Shown here piece by piece: positions 13,625 through 26,947 of a stretch of 64,000 bases of DNA. Origin of the DNA: Camelus ferus (lineage: Eukaryota). The notes beneath the pieces are model-generated. The model did not search any database and was not told the DNA's origin. It saw nothing but the letters and a program-made list of their open reading frames with translations. The first letter of the stretch is position 1. Every line of letters starts with the position of its first letter. A program made the position numbers and the translations under genes. The stretch spans positions 53,446,001 to 53,510,000 of the forward strand of contig NC_045707.1 of assembly GCF_009834535.1 (NCBI RefSeq), in the 5' to 3' direction.

Positions 13625-14780
13625 CAGATTTTCAACAAGGTGCAAATGCCCCTCAACGGAGAGAGGACAGTCTTTTCCAGAAGAACTGGACTCCCACATG
13701 CAAAAAAATGAACTTTGTACCACATACAAAAATTAATTCAAAATGGATCGTAGAAGAAAAGGTATAAAATCTTTGTGGCCTTAGGCAAAGATTTCTTAGC
13801 TACAACACCAGAAGATGATCCATGGAGAAAAAATGATAAATTGACCTAATAAACTAAAAAACTTCTGCCCTTCAAAACATATGGTTAAGAGAATGAAAAA
13901 ACAAGACATAACTTGGATAAAAGATTTGTAAATCATTTATCTTATAAGGGACTTATGTAAGAAATATCTGTATTTTTTAAAACTTGTACAACTCAAAAGA
14001 CAATGGCTCAATTTAAAAAATGGGAAAAGACTAGAACAGATACTTCACCAAGGATACAGAGATAGCAAATAAGCACATGACAAAATGCTCAACATCATTA
14101 GCCATTACATAAGTGCAAATTAAAACATAAGATATCATACATACCTATCAAAATGACTTAAAAAAAAAGACTATACTGGCAAGGATACAGAGTAACTGTT
14201 AGTGGGAATGCACATCAGTACAAACATTTTGGAAAACAGTTCAGCAGTTTCTTAAGTTAAAACCCACTTACTACACCACTTAGCAAACCTACTCCAGCTA
14301 TCTACCCAAGTGAAATGAAAATTAATATTCAAATAAAAGCCTGTATGTGCATGTATACATATAATAACTTTATTTAAAACTGTTAAAAACTGGAAACCAC
14401 CCAAATGTTCAGCTGGGAAAATGACGAACAAACTAAATTGTGGCACATCCACACAATGCAATACTACTTGGCAATAAAGAGGAAAATGCAACAACTTGGA
14501 TGAATCTCATAGGCACTGCTCTCAGCTAAAGAAGCCAGCTCAAAGGCTACGCTAACTCTGTATATACGATCTCTGGTAAAGGCAGAGATGGGACAGAAAA
14601 CTGATCAGTGACTGTCAAAGACCAGAAGCAGGACTGCAAAGAAGTACCAGGGAAAGTGCGGTAGAGGGCGATGGAACCGTTCTAAATGTTTCCCCGTGGT
14701 TGTGGTTACACAATTGTATGCAAAACTCATGGAATTTTACACTAAAAAGGAGTAAATTTCACTGTACATATAAAAAGCAG
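13625..14780 (+). mobile_element. LINE-1 ORF2 3'/3'UTR fragment
   Basis: ccacatacaaaaattaattcaaaatggatc, aaaactggaaaccacccaaatgt, ggatgaatctca. Confidence 0.75.
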
Positions 14781-17700
14781 TAGCTAACAAAAACTTACAC
14801 TATCTGAAGACAAACTAAATGATTGAGACAATAAATGTATGATTATTTGTCAGCAGCAATAAAAAAGAAAATATAAAGCAAATGTGCAAATAAAAAATGC
14901 AATTAAAATATTTTCTCCTACTGTTCAAGTTACTATTCAGTATTAGGTTCTTTTTTGCTCTCAGAGCTATGGGGAAACTGTAAACTATAATCCTTTCCCA
15001 CACAACAGAATCTCTGTTACTCTATGACAAGCAGCCTTATCTTTCCCCAAAACAGAGAGTCCCCAGAAATTGTCTCAATGACCCATGTTACAAGAGAGAA
15101 GAGTTAACATGACATCAGCATAAATGTATGGCTTAAGAGGGGTGCTGGAATTAACTGCTTACGGTGGCAAGAGACAGAAACATCTGGAGCACTATGGAAC
15201 TGCCCAAGCCACATTGGGGGCCCAGGGCAAGGAGGTACCATCATGACATGAGCAAAAATAGAGTCTGTTCAACAAATTTTGAGAAAGTTAACCCTCCTCC
15301 AAAAAAGCAGAGATAACAGTACTTGGCTCACGGGGTCGGGAAGGTAAATGTGCTAATGCAAGTCAAGCACGTGCCACAGTGTATGAATGATCGTCAGCAA
15401 TGGAAACATTCAGTTATCCCAGTGGTGCCCCATACAAAAGGGTACCTTGAATACGTTAATGTTTGCAAAGATCTTCAGAGATTACTAGAGCACTAAAAAA
15501 ATACAGATACATCTACAGAAGTTGAAAATACAAAGTTCCCTTTAGTTTTCAAAAAATATACATTAAATTTTAAGGCTATTTTTCTTCATGACTGGGAAAT
15601 ACAATTGAAAGCATCTCACAATATTTTAAGATTGAGTATGCAGACTGAGCCTGAGGTGAGTCTTCTTCCTGCCTGAAATATTTCTTCTCTGCTAACCTAT
15701 GGCCACCTCTTCCTTTAATACTCAGCCCAATATTGAGCTTTCGCAAAAAGTATTCACTCTTCATATACTTTATAGGTAGTACAAATCACAAATTCACATA
15801 TAGGTTGTATTTTCCAGAAGTTCATTTAAGTAAGTTTCTTGGATTTAGAATACAGTTTCCATAGAAACAATACTACAGTTAAGGTCCAAGTAGGTTCACA
15901 AATGCCTTAGTTAACCCATAATGTACCAACTACTGAGTCTTAGACTAAGTTTCCAAACCCAGCAGCAGACTAAGAAAAAAGACATCTGTTGCCCTAACCC
16001 TAGAAAGACTAAGTCTAGATCACATATTCTCAATGGGGATTATGACCCGCCCCCACCACAAAGGGGGTAGAAATTGGTTCTTGGAGGACAAAAAACATCA
16101 ATGGTTTGTGGCCCTCCAAAGCTCAATCAACCCTAAGTGAAAAAAATGTATTCTTTAGTATTAAATTTCTCTCATTATGAAGAACTTAATTATTTGGATC
16201 AACTAATTTAATAAGGCGAATTAAATCTACTATTAACTAAATTTGATTTAAATTTTTCTCCATAAAGGGCAATCATGAACAAAAGGTGGAGACACTGCTC
16301 TGGATAAACCCTGAAATAGGCCATGTCTGCATGTGGCACTTTCCCACCCGCCTCTCCACTCTGTCCTGCACTCCAGTCTCTTAACCCAGGTTGGTCCTAA
16401 ATCAGCTGCCCACCTGTTTCACTCCTAATCAAACTCCTCGTCTCTCCACTCCGAGATCTCTCCAGCTGCTAGGAAAGTGACCTCTGACCACTCTCCCTGA
16501 GCCAGCTCTACTTTCACAAGAGGAGACGTGGTGGGGACAACTCAATGCCCTTATTTCTAATGCCCTGAATCACTGCTCTACAGACTGGGCGTACTACCTA
16601 CCAATTTCCCACCCACACGTACAGTACAGCCCTAGTTAACTACTTATCTTAAAACAAAGCTCCTTTGGAACAAAGACATCTTTTAATTTTTGAAAATCAT
16701 TCAAGAAATTCTGGCTTAATTAATAACTCAGAATAATGTCCCGGCTCAAGAGTACACACTCAACTAAGTGAAAATAACACTGCACAACTATACTTGTCCC
16801 TGAATAAACTGGAGGACAGATCACTCACAAAATAGTTATGGTATCCATCAATATGCTCCCTGGTATTTCACTAGTTATGACTTCTGTCTACACATGTCAC
16901 ACTAGCGAGAACAAAAGGACTCCTCGCTGTCTCCATAAACATAGCCCAAACACAGTAGGATAAACCCAATCTGGTTCTTAAGAGGAGAGGAAAAGGAGAC
17001 AGAGAAGACGTCCCACAGTCTTGGTTGTGTGACACTAGGCTGCCGGAAACTAGCTTGGAGGGGCCAGGAACTCATCATACTTGGCAAGGGCCTGCAGGGC
17101 CAGCCCTTCCCTCCCTACACCCACATGGCAAACAGAAATTGCCTCTCCTCCTTTCCCCCAATCTTAACCCCTTCTTACTCCTCACGGTGCATATTTTACT
17201 TTTCCAACATATGGCATTATTTTAATTCCTACTGCAATTGTATTACTCAGGTCAGACATCCCAGAAAACAACCCTATGCCTCCTACATAATTCCTACTTC
17301 TGGTAATAAGCATTTCTGAAACACATCCCTTAAGAACCAGACGATTACTATGCAACCTCTGGTAAACTGCCATCTGCGTAAGTTTACATCTGTCAGGTGT
17401 CTCAGGCCAAGAGGTCAGAGTATTTAGGGTTCATTAAATGGAGAAAGATTCAAGACGTGGTTGAGAGGGTGTATCTCTATCCCTTTCCCCACAGAGGTGC
17501 TACAGCCTCAGCTCCCATGTTCGTGCACACGGTTGCCACTTCCTCTCAGTGAGTCTCCAAGCACCTTCCCTGTAACACAACGAAGTGAGAGAGAAATTCT
17601 CACACCTGGGTTCATTTCATCAGCTTCATTTCTGACCAAGGCTGCATTTCAAAAATCTTTCACATGCTGTTGACTCTGTCTTCCTTTTGTAGTCTCAATA

Positions 17701-19854
17701 CCCAATTAGTTCATTTTTTAAAAAATTTACCCCAACAATTCATTTATTCCATAATTAAAATTTTTCTAGTGTCAGAAAAAACAGACTGAAAGAAATCTGA
17801 AAATTCTAGAATTCCCAATACAGTCAATCACGGTTCTTGTGAGAATATAGTCACCATGCTTCTCAAACAGATGCTCCAAACAGGTGGAGAGTCACCTGGC
17901 ACTCCTCCAGAAAATCCAGGGCTAGGAGCTTGTCTACCAGGTAAAACTCTGATCACATACTTCCATTCGTCTATGACAGGAAAGTCTGTAGGTAGCCAAA
18001 AGGGGACCTGTACATTTGTGTGACATTATTTAAATTAATCAAACAAACAAGGGAAAAGGTCCTGGACAACTTTAAGATAGGCAAACAAAAGTTCACCTTT
18101 ACAATAAAAGGTTCCAGAAAGAATCATAACGTAACGAACTTTGAGTTCTATTGTATCTAAGCTGCTTCAACTAAATCCTCAATGAAGAAATTTCCAGACT
18201 TTTTGAGAAATACAAAAAAAGTACTTAATTTCAAGTGTAACTGCCAAATAAAAAATTTCAAAGACAGAATACTCTAGCAAAATATGCATATCTACTAAAA
18301 CTGATACTAACAAAATGTAAGTGTACTAAATCATGATATTTGCTTTAAAGGTATTTAAGATGAGAGTTTTTAATCTTCTGGTTATGTCATTGAGACTGTG
18401 AGCTTCTTATTTCTATGATCTTCAAATCAGTAGCAGATACAAATTGTAAAAGGTGTTAAATACATTTTTAAAATAAAGCATCATCTAAATCAAACTTCCT
18501 CCCAGATATGATCAAAAGAAAGTGTGAAAATTAAAGTTTTCAGTGAAAAAGCTTTGAGAGTCTGGTATTTTGTATGAGAAATACTTAATATCTTAAGCAG
18601 AAAAAAATAGATTTAGTATGGTTAAAAATGAAGGGCCAACATTCTTGAAAAGAGAAAACTTATTCTGTAGGAAAATATAAACATTTCGAACACCCTCTTC
18701 CTCCTTTCCCACACACCAAGTCAGATAAATAAATAAAAATCAATATAAGCAGTTACAGCCTGGAACTGTTAGGATCAAAATCAGCCTCAGAAAACCTAAA
18801 AGGCTTGGTTGGTGAAAGGCGGAGCTTCATCAGAACATAAATGCTGACTAACAGCCCCTGGCTGCCTGTAAGAATCTACCACTTATGTGTGTAACGTTCC
18901 ATAAGAATAAAATAATTCAAGGTGAAAATGGTTTCCATATAAAAAATAATCAACACCTGTCCGCAAAGATTTATAATCATGACTATGGAGGATACAAAGA
19001 ATATTACAGGCTGCTTTTCCTGAAGACAGGTCATTTAATGGGGAGAGGGGTAAGAATGAAAGGTTCACTAAAATTCAAATGATACAAAAAGTTAAGAAAC
19101 AATACAAAACATAAATTAGGAGGTAGTGCATGGTCACACATGACTAAGTGGCAAACGAGCAGTATGACTGACGGCCAAGGGTTAAAGTGCTCTGGGAAAG
19201 TTTCAGAGGAGGTAGGACAGGAACCTGGTCTTTCATCATCTTATGATTATAGGACCTGGACCAGTGTGAAGGGATGTCTCTCCAGATGAGAAGCAACAAG
19301 GCACTGAGGTGGTAATTAACTTCAGGACATGAAAAAGAAGAATTAAAAGTCACAACTCAAGGTAGAAAGTAAAACAAATGAAGGAAGCTTCTAAGATACA
19401 AAAATTATCCTCACTGAACAAAAACTCAAAAAGAAACAGAAGAATTCAGAAGTATTGCTGCTGAAACAAGAAATGACAAAAGGAGTTAGGAATTGGAAAG
19501 ATTTGGACACCATTAGAGTTTTGGTCAGGATAGTCTGAAGAAGCGGAACATCATGAGTCTGTTTCTCAGGAGACAAGAAAAGGTAGTGAACGTTATCTCA
19601 GGATCCACTATCACAGTGAGCAATAAATAACTATACAGTCAAGATCTCCTGAATCATAAAACTTATTGCAATTGTTAATAGGTGACATGCAGGAGATAAT
19701 GGCAGACACAGTATCACCAAAAGCAGATCTCACCATAACTAGCTATGATTCCTTGAGCAATACACTGACCCTCCCTGAGTCTTAACATCTTCTTCTGTGG
19801 AAAAGTTTGAAAATCTGTTAAGTGAGATTTAACATAGAACTCTTTAAAAAATAA

Positions 19855-22800
19855 AGGTAGAATGAAAATGAAAATACAACATACCAAAATTTGTGGGACA
19901 CAGCTATAAAGTCATGCTGAGAGGAAAATCCATACCACAATGTGCACACATCAGAAAGGAAGGAAAGTCTCAAATCAACGATCTAAGGTCTCCCCTCAAG
20001 AACTTAGAAAAAGAAGAGCAAAATAAACCAAAAGCAAGCAAAACAAATGAAATAAAGATAAGGTCAGTAATCAGTTATACTGAAAGTAAAAAAAATAATA
20101 GTGAAAAACCAATGAAACAGAGAAATGGTTCTTTGAAAAGATCAATGAAATTGCCAGACTTCAGCAAGACTGACAAAGAAAGGCAGAGGATGCAAATTAC
20201 CAACATCAGGAATGAAACAGGGAATATCACTACCGACCCTGAAGATGTCAAAATGATAATAAGAGAATACTATGAACAACACTGTGCACGTAAATTTGAC
20301 AATCTGGAAGGAATGGATCACAAAACTACACACCATCACAACTCACCCAACATGAAATAACATGAGCAGCTGGGTAACTATTAAGGAATTTAAATGTGTA
20401 AGTTTAAAATCCCAAAAGAGAAATCTCCAGCCCCAGACGGTTTCACAGAAGAATCCTATCAAACATCTGAAGAAGAATTAATGCCAATTTTACACAATCT
20501 TTTCCAGAAAACAGAAGAGGAGGGGACACTTACAAATTTGTTTTATGAAGCTAATACTACCCTGATACCAAACCAGATAAAGATAGTACAAAAAACCCAC
20601 GGACCAATATCCCTCTTGAACCTGATAAAGAGCATCTACCAAACAAAAACAAAAACAAAAACAAAAACAAAAAGCATAACCTACTACTTCGATGACAGAC
20701 TGAATTCTTTCCCCTCAACAACACAAACAAGGCAAGGATGTCTGCTCCCACCACTCTTACTCAAACAATGCTAGAAGTCCTAGCCAGCACAATATGTCAG
20801 GAAAGAAAAGGCATACAGATTGGAAAGGAAGAAACAAAACTGTCCCATAATTTTCTATGTAGAAAAACCTAAGGAATATACTAGGAATCCCAAATCCTAG
20901 AATAAATGAATTCAGCAAGGTCAAAGTACACAGGATAAATATAACAAAACTCAACTGTATTTCTGTATGTTAACAAAGAACATGTGGACAATAAAATTAA
21001 AATAGAATACCATTTACAATTGCTAAGAAAAAGAAAACAGGTGTAAATCTAACAAAATATATGCAGGACTTACGTGCTGAAAACCATAGTATGCTGGTAA
21101 AAGAAATTTAAGAAAATATAAAGACATAGTGAGAAATACTGTGTCCATTAGTTGGAAGACTCTACACAGTAGAGAGATCAATTCTTCCTAACTTAATAAA
21201 CAGACTTAATGTAATACCTATCAAAATTCCAGCAAAATTTCTTGTAGATATAGACAAGACTACTCAAATTTCTAATGAAAAGCAAAGAAACCAGAATAGC
21301 CAAAATATTCTTGAAATATAAGAATAAAGTGAGAAGAATCAGTCCACTCTATTTCAAAACTTATTATATAGCTACTGGAAGCTAACAGAGAACCCAGATA
21401 GCGATCCACACAAATATGCTCGGCTGATTTTTGACCGAAGTACAAAAGCAATTCAATAGAGTACAGATAGACTTTCCAACAAATGCTGGAGCATCCACAG
21501 ACTAAAAATGACCCTTGACCTAAGTCTCACACCTCATACAAAATTAACTCAGAATGGGTCATCGGCTTAGATGTAAAACAAACTATAAAACTTTTAGGAA
21601 AAAAATGAGAAAATCTTTGGTATTCTGGGTTAGGCAAAGTATTCTTGACATCCAAAGTACAATTCATAGAAGGAAAAATCGATAAAATGGATTTTATCAA
21701 AACTAAAAATGTTTGCTCTGCAAAAGACTCTTCAAGAGGATTTAAAAAAAAAGACTGAGAGAAAACATTTGTAAACCACATGATCAAGGACTAGTATTTA
21801 GAAATGTATTTTTAAAACTCTGGGGTAGATGAGGGTGCAGCTCAGTGGTACAGTGCATGCTTAGCATGCACAAGGTCCTGGGTTCAATCCCTTGTACCTC
21901 CATTAAAAAAAAAATAAATAAATGGACATAATTACCTCTCCCCTCAAATGTACACACACATAAATCCACACACACAAAACTCTGAAATCAACAGTAAAAA
22001 AAAAAAAATCCAATTAGAAAATGGGCAAAAGAAATGAAGAGACATTTTACTGAGGGGAATATGCAGACAGCAAGTAAGCAATAAAAAGATGTTTAACATC
22101 GTTGGCCATTAGAAAAGTGCTAATTAAAACAGCAATATATCACATACACATCAGAATGCCTAAAATAAAAAATGCCTAAATAAAAAAACAGGATCGCCAA
22201 GTACTGGTGAGGATGTAGAGAAAACCGACCTCTCATACATTGCCGTGAGAATGGAAAATGGTGCAGAAACTCTGGGAAAATATAGCAGTTTCTTATGAAA
22301 CTAAACATGGCACTGCCATGTGAATCCCAGCACTAAAGACTTAACATTTTCTTCGTTCTTCCGTGTTACCATACAAGAATGTTTATAGAAGCTTTATTCA
22401 TAATAGGCCAACAGTGGAAACAGCTTGGATGTCCTTCAAACAAAGTGTGGTATATCCACACCATGTAATACTACTCAGCAATTAAAAGGAACCAACTAAT
22501 GACATTTGCAACAACCTGGATCAATCTCCAGAGAATGCTGCTGAATGAAAGATACCCAATCTCAAAAGGTTACATACAGGGTGATTTCATTCTATAACAG
22601 TCTTGAAATGACAAAATCATAGGAATAAAAACAGATTGGTGGTTGTCAGGGGTCAAGGAAGAGGTGGAGGGGAAATGAAGTGGGTGTGGCTACGAAAGGA
22701 CAAGGGAGGGCTTCCTATGGTGAAGGAAAGTTCTGGAATTAGTGTCAATGTCCTGGCTGCGGTCTTTACTGCAGTTTTGCAGTATGTTACATTGACGAAA

Positions 22801-22890
22801 ACTGGGTAAAGGATACAGGGGAATTCTATTATTTCTCATAATTACACGTGAATCTACAATTATCTCAAAATAAAAAGTTTAATTAAAGGT
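19855..22890 (+). mobile_element. 5'-truncated LINE-1 (L1MC-like), ORF2 remnant plus 3'UTR, antisense to SEPTIN10
   Basis: Broken ORF2 peptides (NLEKEEQNKPKAS, GNITTDPEDVKMIIREYYEQ, KSPAPDGFTEESYQT, FYEANTTLIP, RQGCLLPPLL); ends ttatctcaaaataaaaagtttaattaaa. Confidence 0.9.
21822..21975 (+). mobile_element. Vic-1-like tRNA-derived SINE inserted in the L1
   Basis: gctcagtggta...gcttagcatgcacaaggtcctgggttcaatccc (A/B boxes); A tail; target-site duplication aaaactctg. Confidence 0.85.
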
Positions 22891-23039
22891 AACCTCACTG
22901 CCAGATAAGCACAGCAACTGACAAGAAATCCAACATCAATTAAATGATTAAACTCTCTTCAGCCCAAATTTAATTCTGAAGATTAAACTTCATTCTGAAC
23001 CAGAGTTTATAAAACACATTCTCCTTGCCAACACGTGCA

Positions 23040-25520
23040 CACAAACTCAGCCAGGGGAGGAGGCAGTGCAGACAGAGAAGCTGAGGCTTCTCTAAATGCC
23101 GGACAGAGAGGAAAAAGACCGGCTCAGCGCGGCGGAAAATGCTGGTCCGGGCTCCGGCAGAGACACTGGACGCGGCGCCCGCCCTCTCCGGCCCCCACCG
23201 CTACACTTCCACTCCAGGAGGCTGCTAAGGCCAGCCGCTCTCAAACTTTTGGTCTCAGGCCCTCCGAGAGCTTTGGCTCCCGCGGCTACAACCACCGACA
23301 CAGTCTCACAAGTTAAAACACCTGCGGCACCGCGGAGAGTCCTTCCCCGTGGCGGGGCGCCTGGAAGCTCCGCGCACACGGGAGAACGCGCGCGGCACCG
23401 CCACGCGCGAAACCGATCAGCCCCCGGCCTCCCCCGAGGTGACTGTATCCCTGTATAAAGGCACGGGGCCGCACGAACGCCAAGGCGGGAAGAAAGGCTG
23501 CAACCCCGAGGAGGTCAACGCTGGGTAACTGGGAGGCCACCCGGGAACCGCCCGGCTCGTGCGCTCGGGACCGTTACAGACCCGTCCTGGTTTCAGACTC
23601 AACTTCGGGGAAGACGTGAGGCCCCGCGAAGCTCCGGCCTCCGGGAGCCGGGAGGGGCGCCCGGAAGGGGCGGTCTGCGCGCCGAGGGGGCCGGGACCGC
23701 GAGCCAGAGCGGGAGGGCGGGGGTCTAGGGTGGGTAGGGGGTCGGCGGACTCACCAGGTGCCGCGCCACCTCGGAGGCCATGGTCCGGGCGGGGCTGGGC
23801 GGGCGGAGAGCCCGCGAGGCAACAGCCGGCGGAGCGGCGCGTCTGGCGGCGGAGGGGCGCAGGGGGCGGGTCGGCGGGGGTCCGGGAGGGAGGGAGGGAG
23901 GAGCGGAGGGGAGGGGTCCAGAGGCCTCAGTGACGTAAGGACCCGGCGGGACGGCGCGGGGAACGCGGGGCGGGGTCCGGGAGGCGAGCTGAGGGGAGCG
24001 GTCCGGCGGCCTCAGTGAACTGGGGGCTAGGGTGGGCCTCGCGTCTCCTCTGAGCCCGGAAGCCGCGCGCGTGAAGCGGGCCTGTCACAGACGCGCCGGA
24101 CGTTTCAGAGGACGGCAGTCAATGCAGGGGAGGGGACGGAATGCAGTCGGGATTTGAGGAAAAAGCGCGGAAACGCGGCCACGACTCCTCAGACTACGGA
24201 GGCGGGGCAGGAGCACAGACTGCGGCCCGCGCGGGGGCCGGAAGTGGGCGGGGCGGGGCGTGTCCTCTGGCGGGAGCGGCCATTGCGGCTCAGGCGGGGA
24301 CCGGAAGTGGGTGGGCCAGGGCGTGTCCTCCGAGGAAAGCAGTGATTGCGGACGGAAAGGGGGCGGGGTGGGGCGGGGCCAGCGAGAGCAGGGTAGCTGG
24401 CTGCGCGAAGGACGGAAGTGGGCGGGGCCTGTCGGCGGGGGCGTGTCCGCGGGTGCGGCTAGGGGGCGGTGGCGGCTAGTCCTGCGACTGCCGCGCGCGG
24501 AGGGGCTGAGGTGGCGGGCAGAGTTGTTTGGGATCCGCTACGGTGCGCGGGCGCGGATGGAGGGTCTGGCGGAGCGCGAGGTTCAGGCCCGGCAGGCTGA
24601 GCTGGAGTGGCCCGTCGGGGGCACCCTGGGCGGGTCGCCGGGCCAGCGTGCAGGCGATCATGGCCCCCTCAGGGAGCCTGGGGACGCGGCCGCCGACTCC
24701 GCAGACCCCTCAGACCCTGCGGACAGCGCCCCGAGCGCGCCCCTCGGGAGGCGGCCCCTCGGCGGCGCCGCGGAGGAAGGCGCGCGGCCCGAAGCGCCGA
24801 GAGATGCGCCCCCCGCGCCGCGGTCTGGCCGCCCAGCGCCCCGGGACCCGGCGGCGGGCGGCTCCCCCCAGCTGCGGCGCGGCCCGGCGGGCGCGGACGG
24901 CGCGGCGGCCGAGGAGGAGGGCGCGGGAGCTCTCACGCTGGACCCACTGGAGCACGCGTGGATGCTGTCGGCCGCCGACGGCCGCTGGGACAGCCTGGAG
25001 GGGCTGCTGGCCTGCGAGCCCGGCCTGCTGGCCAAGCGCGACTTCATCACCGGCTTCACCTGCCTGCACTGGGCGGCCAAGCACGGCCGGCAGGAGCTGC
25101 TGGCCCTGCTGGTGCGCTTCGCGGGCCAGCACCGGCTGCCGGTGAACATCAACGCGCGCACTAGCGGCGGCTACACCGCGCTGCACCTGGCGGCCATGCA
25201 TGGGCACGTGGAGGTGGTGAAGCTGCTGGTCGGGGCCTACGACGCGGACGTGGACGTGCGCGACTATAGCGGCAGGAAGGCCTCGCAGTACCTGAGCCCG
25301 AGCACCGCCGAGGAGATCCGGACCCTGGTGGGTGCCCTGGACGAGGACGACGGCGAGAGCGCCGCGGGCAGCGGGGGCGGGCGCTGGAGGCTCTCTAGGG
25401 TGCTGCCTGCGCACCTCATCTCTGGCAGGCTCTCCCACGCCCTGGAGGACGGCGGGGACCACCACCACCATCACCACCATCACCACCATCATCACCTGGC
25501 CGAGGGATCGGCTGCGGGGA
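23040..25520. promoter_or_regulatory. CpG island / bidirectional promoter shared by SEPTIN10 and SOWAHC
   Basis: Very high GC and CpG density; start codons 776 bp apart, head-to-head; GC boxes; ETS CCGGAAGTG at 24238 and 24301; CRE-like TGACGTAA at 23931. Confidence 0.9.
23755..23781 (-). CDS. SEPTIN10: Septin-10 coding exon 1 (MASEVARHL)
   Basis: ggaccATGGCC Kozak context; 9 codons; gtgagt donor; matches the human start MASSEVARHL. Confidence 0.93.
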
Positions 25521-25741
25521 AAGCAAAGGAGCCAGGTCGCAAAGCCTCGGGCAGCTCTAGTGGGCGGATGAAACCCAGACTCAACAAAATCCGATTCCGA
25601 ACCCAGATCATCCACACCACACCGTCTTTCAGAGACCCAGAGCAGCCCCTGGAGGAAGGGGAGGACGAAGAGGAGGATCGATCTCTTAAAGGCCACTCAT
25701 CCTCATTCAAACTGAGACCCAAGTCCAATGTATTTGGGTAA
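24557..25741 (+). CDS. SOWAHC: Ankyrin repeat domain-containing protein SOWAHC (single exon, 394 aa)
   Basis: First in-frame ATG at 24557 (MEG...); LDPLEHAWML; ankyrin repeats TCLHWAAKHG and YTALHLAAMHGH; His run; C-terminus LRPKSNVFG; adjacent to SEPTIN10 as in human. Confidence 0.95.
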   Translation: MEGLAEREVQARQAELEWPVGGTLGGSPGQRAGDHGPLREPGDAAADSADPSDPADSAPSAPLGRRPLGGAAEEGARPEAPRDAPPAPRSGRPAPRDPAAGGSPQLRRGPAGADGAAAEEEGAGALTLDPLEHAWMLSAADGRWDSLEGLLACEPGLLAKRDFITGFTCLHWAAKHGRQELLALLVRFAGQHRLPVNINARTSGGYTALHLAAMHGHVEVVKLLVGAYDADVDVRDYSGRKASQYLSPSTAEEIRTLVGALDEDDGESAAGSGGGRWRLSRVLPAHLISGRLSHALEDGGDHHHHHHHHHHHHLAEGSAAGKAKEPGRKASGSSSGRMKPRLNKIRFRTQIIHTTPSFRDPEQPLEEGEDEEEDRSLKGHSSSFKLRPKSNVFG

Positions 25742-26513
25742 AAATAATTTCTTTTAGAAAATCCTAAGGCTTGTTTGTCGTCAGGAATAGGATACTAGGT
25801 GTAGACAAGGAAGTGAGACTAGAAAAGTCTTAGGTAAATGCTGCATTCTTACTTGCGGGGTTAGATCTGGTGGCGAGAAATACTCGCAGTTTGCCTGCAA
25901 TGGATTTCCAAGTGATTCCTTAAACCTTGACCTAGACCTTTTTTCCCCATGCCAGCTCTCTGCCCTGGATTCCCTGTTTCTAAGAACTAGAAATGTATCT
26001 AAATCGAGGTTACAGAAATGATGGCTCCTTTGATTTAAACATTGCTGGATGCCATGCAAAGTAAAGGGTGTTGCACTTTTATGTATCTGTTTTTAAAAAG
26101 TGGTTACTCTTTCAAGAGCAACAAGAAATGCAAAATGTTATGAAACTGGTAGTTTTTGTGTGAATGAAAGTACATACTGCCCTGTTTTTGTTTTTGTTTT
26201 TTACTAACTGCATTTGCTTTTTAAGATACTACTGAAGGTCAGGTCAGAGTTGAAATGCACAAACACTAATTAGAGAATAATGTGAATACAGTTGGGACTC
26301 CTGTTGGTACTCCACTTGTTTTGTAAATAGTGTTCAACTCTTTTTCAAAAGCAATTTCAGCTTTAATCATTGAACTAAAGAAATGGGCAACATTCACTTC
26401 TGAGTTAATCTGTTGGGAAGTTTCCTTCTTAACTATCTCTAATACCACTGCACTCGGTATTAAGGTACATTATAAATAACTGCACAATTTTTTATCTAAA
26501 GAAAACTCTATTA

Positions 26514-26645
26514 GGGGGAGGGTATAGCTCAGTGGTAGAGCACGTGCTTAGCATGCACAAGGTCCTGGGTTCAATCCCCAGTACTTCCATTAAAATAAAT
26601 AAGTAAATAAACCTAATTACCTCCCCACAAAACAAAAAATAAAGA
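26514..26645 (+). mobile_element. Vic-1-like SINE downstream of the SOWAHC stop (likely 3'UTR)
   Basis: ggggagggtatagctcagtggtagagcacgtgcttagcatgcacaaggtcctgggttcaatccccagtac...aaacctaattacctcccc. Confidence 0.9.
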
Positions 26646-26947
26646 AAACCCTTTTAACAGCCTAGGGTCCCTTTAAGCAAATAATGCCTGTAGCTCAGAT
26701 TCTCACTAACTTGTTTTGCTATTCTGAACGTCTAAATTTGTCAGAGTTTTTATTCTAGGGACCATATAACCACTGGTTCCACTTGACATGACCCTATTTG
26801 ATGGTGCTTAGAGTGGAATTGCCTACAGAAACTGTTTCTGTTTGAGATGATTAGCAAAAATCGGCATTAGTATTAGCCTATGCTTCTGTGAAGTAATTAT
26901 TAAATCAACTTAATGATTCTCACATAAGGTACGCTTTTTATTTTATG

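Noticed and set aside
24260..24556. 99-codon upstream in-frame extension of SOWAHC in the ORF track (493 aa)
   Set aside because: It starts at GTG within promoter motifs; the first ATG at 24557 gives MEG, matching the human start
24528..25696. Long alternative-frame and antisense ORFs over SOWAHC (e.g. 328 aa on minus)
   Set aside because: Expected shadow ORFs of a very GC-rich CDS; no recognisable domain
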